A DNA stretch of 61,889 bases, counting the filler, from a bacterium (GTDB taxonomy: Bacteria; JBDRGX01): the NCBI GenBank assembly GCA_043817485.1. It is 8 parts of 8 records of this genome, joined end to end, with 100 filler letters (N's around TTAATTAATTAA, not from the genome) between each part and the next. Parts side by side here need not be neighbours in the genome. Positions count along the whole stretch, not along the records: positions 57,772 to 61,889 come from JBDRGX010000008.1; 7 more parts are not named here. The stretch is one strand, 5' to 3'. Position 1 is the first letter of the stretch; every line of letters begins with the position of its first letter. The notes under the pieces were generated by a model. That model saw nothing but the letters and a program-made list of their open reading frames with translations. It had not been told where the DNA came from and made no database searches. This document shows, in pieces, positions 61,824 through 61,889 of this stretch. Both the position numbers and the translations under genes were made by a program.

Positions 61824-61852
61824 ATTTTATATAAGTATTAAGCAATTGTCAA
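61824..61852 (-). promoter_or_regulatory. Candidate sigma70 promoter for yidC
   Basis: TTGACA-17 bp-TAAAAT on the minus strand; AT-rich background lowers specificity. Confidence 0.45.
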
Positions 61853-61889
61853 GATAAATTTAATAATGTGATTACTAAATCAAAATGTT

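Overview
Very AT-rich bacterial draft or metagenome-assembled sequence in the standard genetic code (yicC and cysS end in TGA). It is eight contigs joined by seven artificial 100-nt linkers (N44-TTAATTAATTAA-N44), so gene order across linkers is meaningless. Content is mostly housekeeping and envelope genes of a probable anaerobe: trpB, A/V-ATPase subunit A, etfB, a MetF+MTHFR_C fusion, larE, parAB, pilB, cysS-rlmB-tRNAs, aspartokinase, a divergent PEP carboxykinase, a wzx/wzy polysaccharide cluster with murB and galE, ugd, gmk, yicC, a ThiC-family protein with BzaF-like motifs, cimA, rarA, folC, argS, yidC and three tRNAs. The main unexpected signal is a dense set of short mobile repeats. The best is a 111-bp two-hairpin element with IS200/IS605-like ends (5' TTTAT target, 3' TTCAT end, apparently no target duplication) present four times: twice between genes and twice in frame inside galE and metF, where it adds related 37- and 33-residue peptides. 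A TA-bounded MITE occurs both empty and carrying other repeats and disrupts one gene. Another MITE carries NrdR-box-like sites. Several normally operonic genes stand alone next to these repeats. All calls are by eye and by motif recognition; no searches were run.
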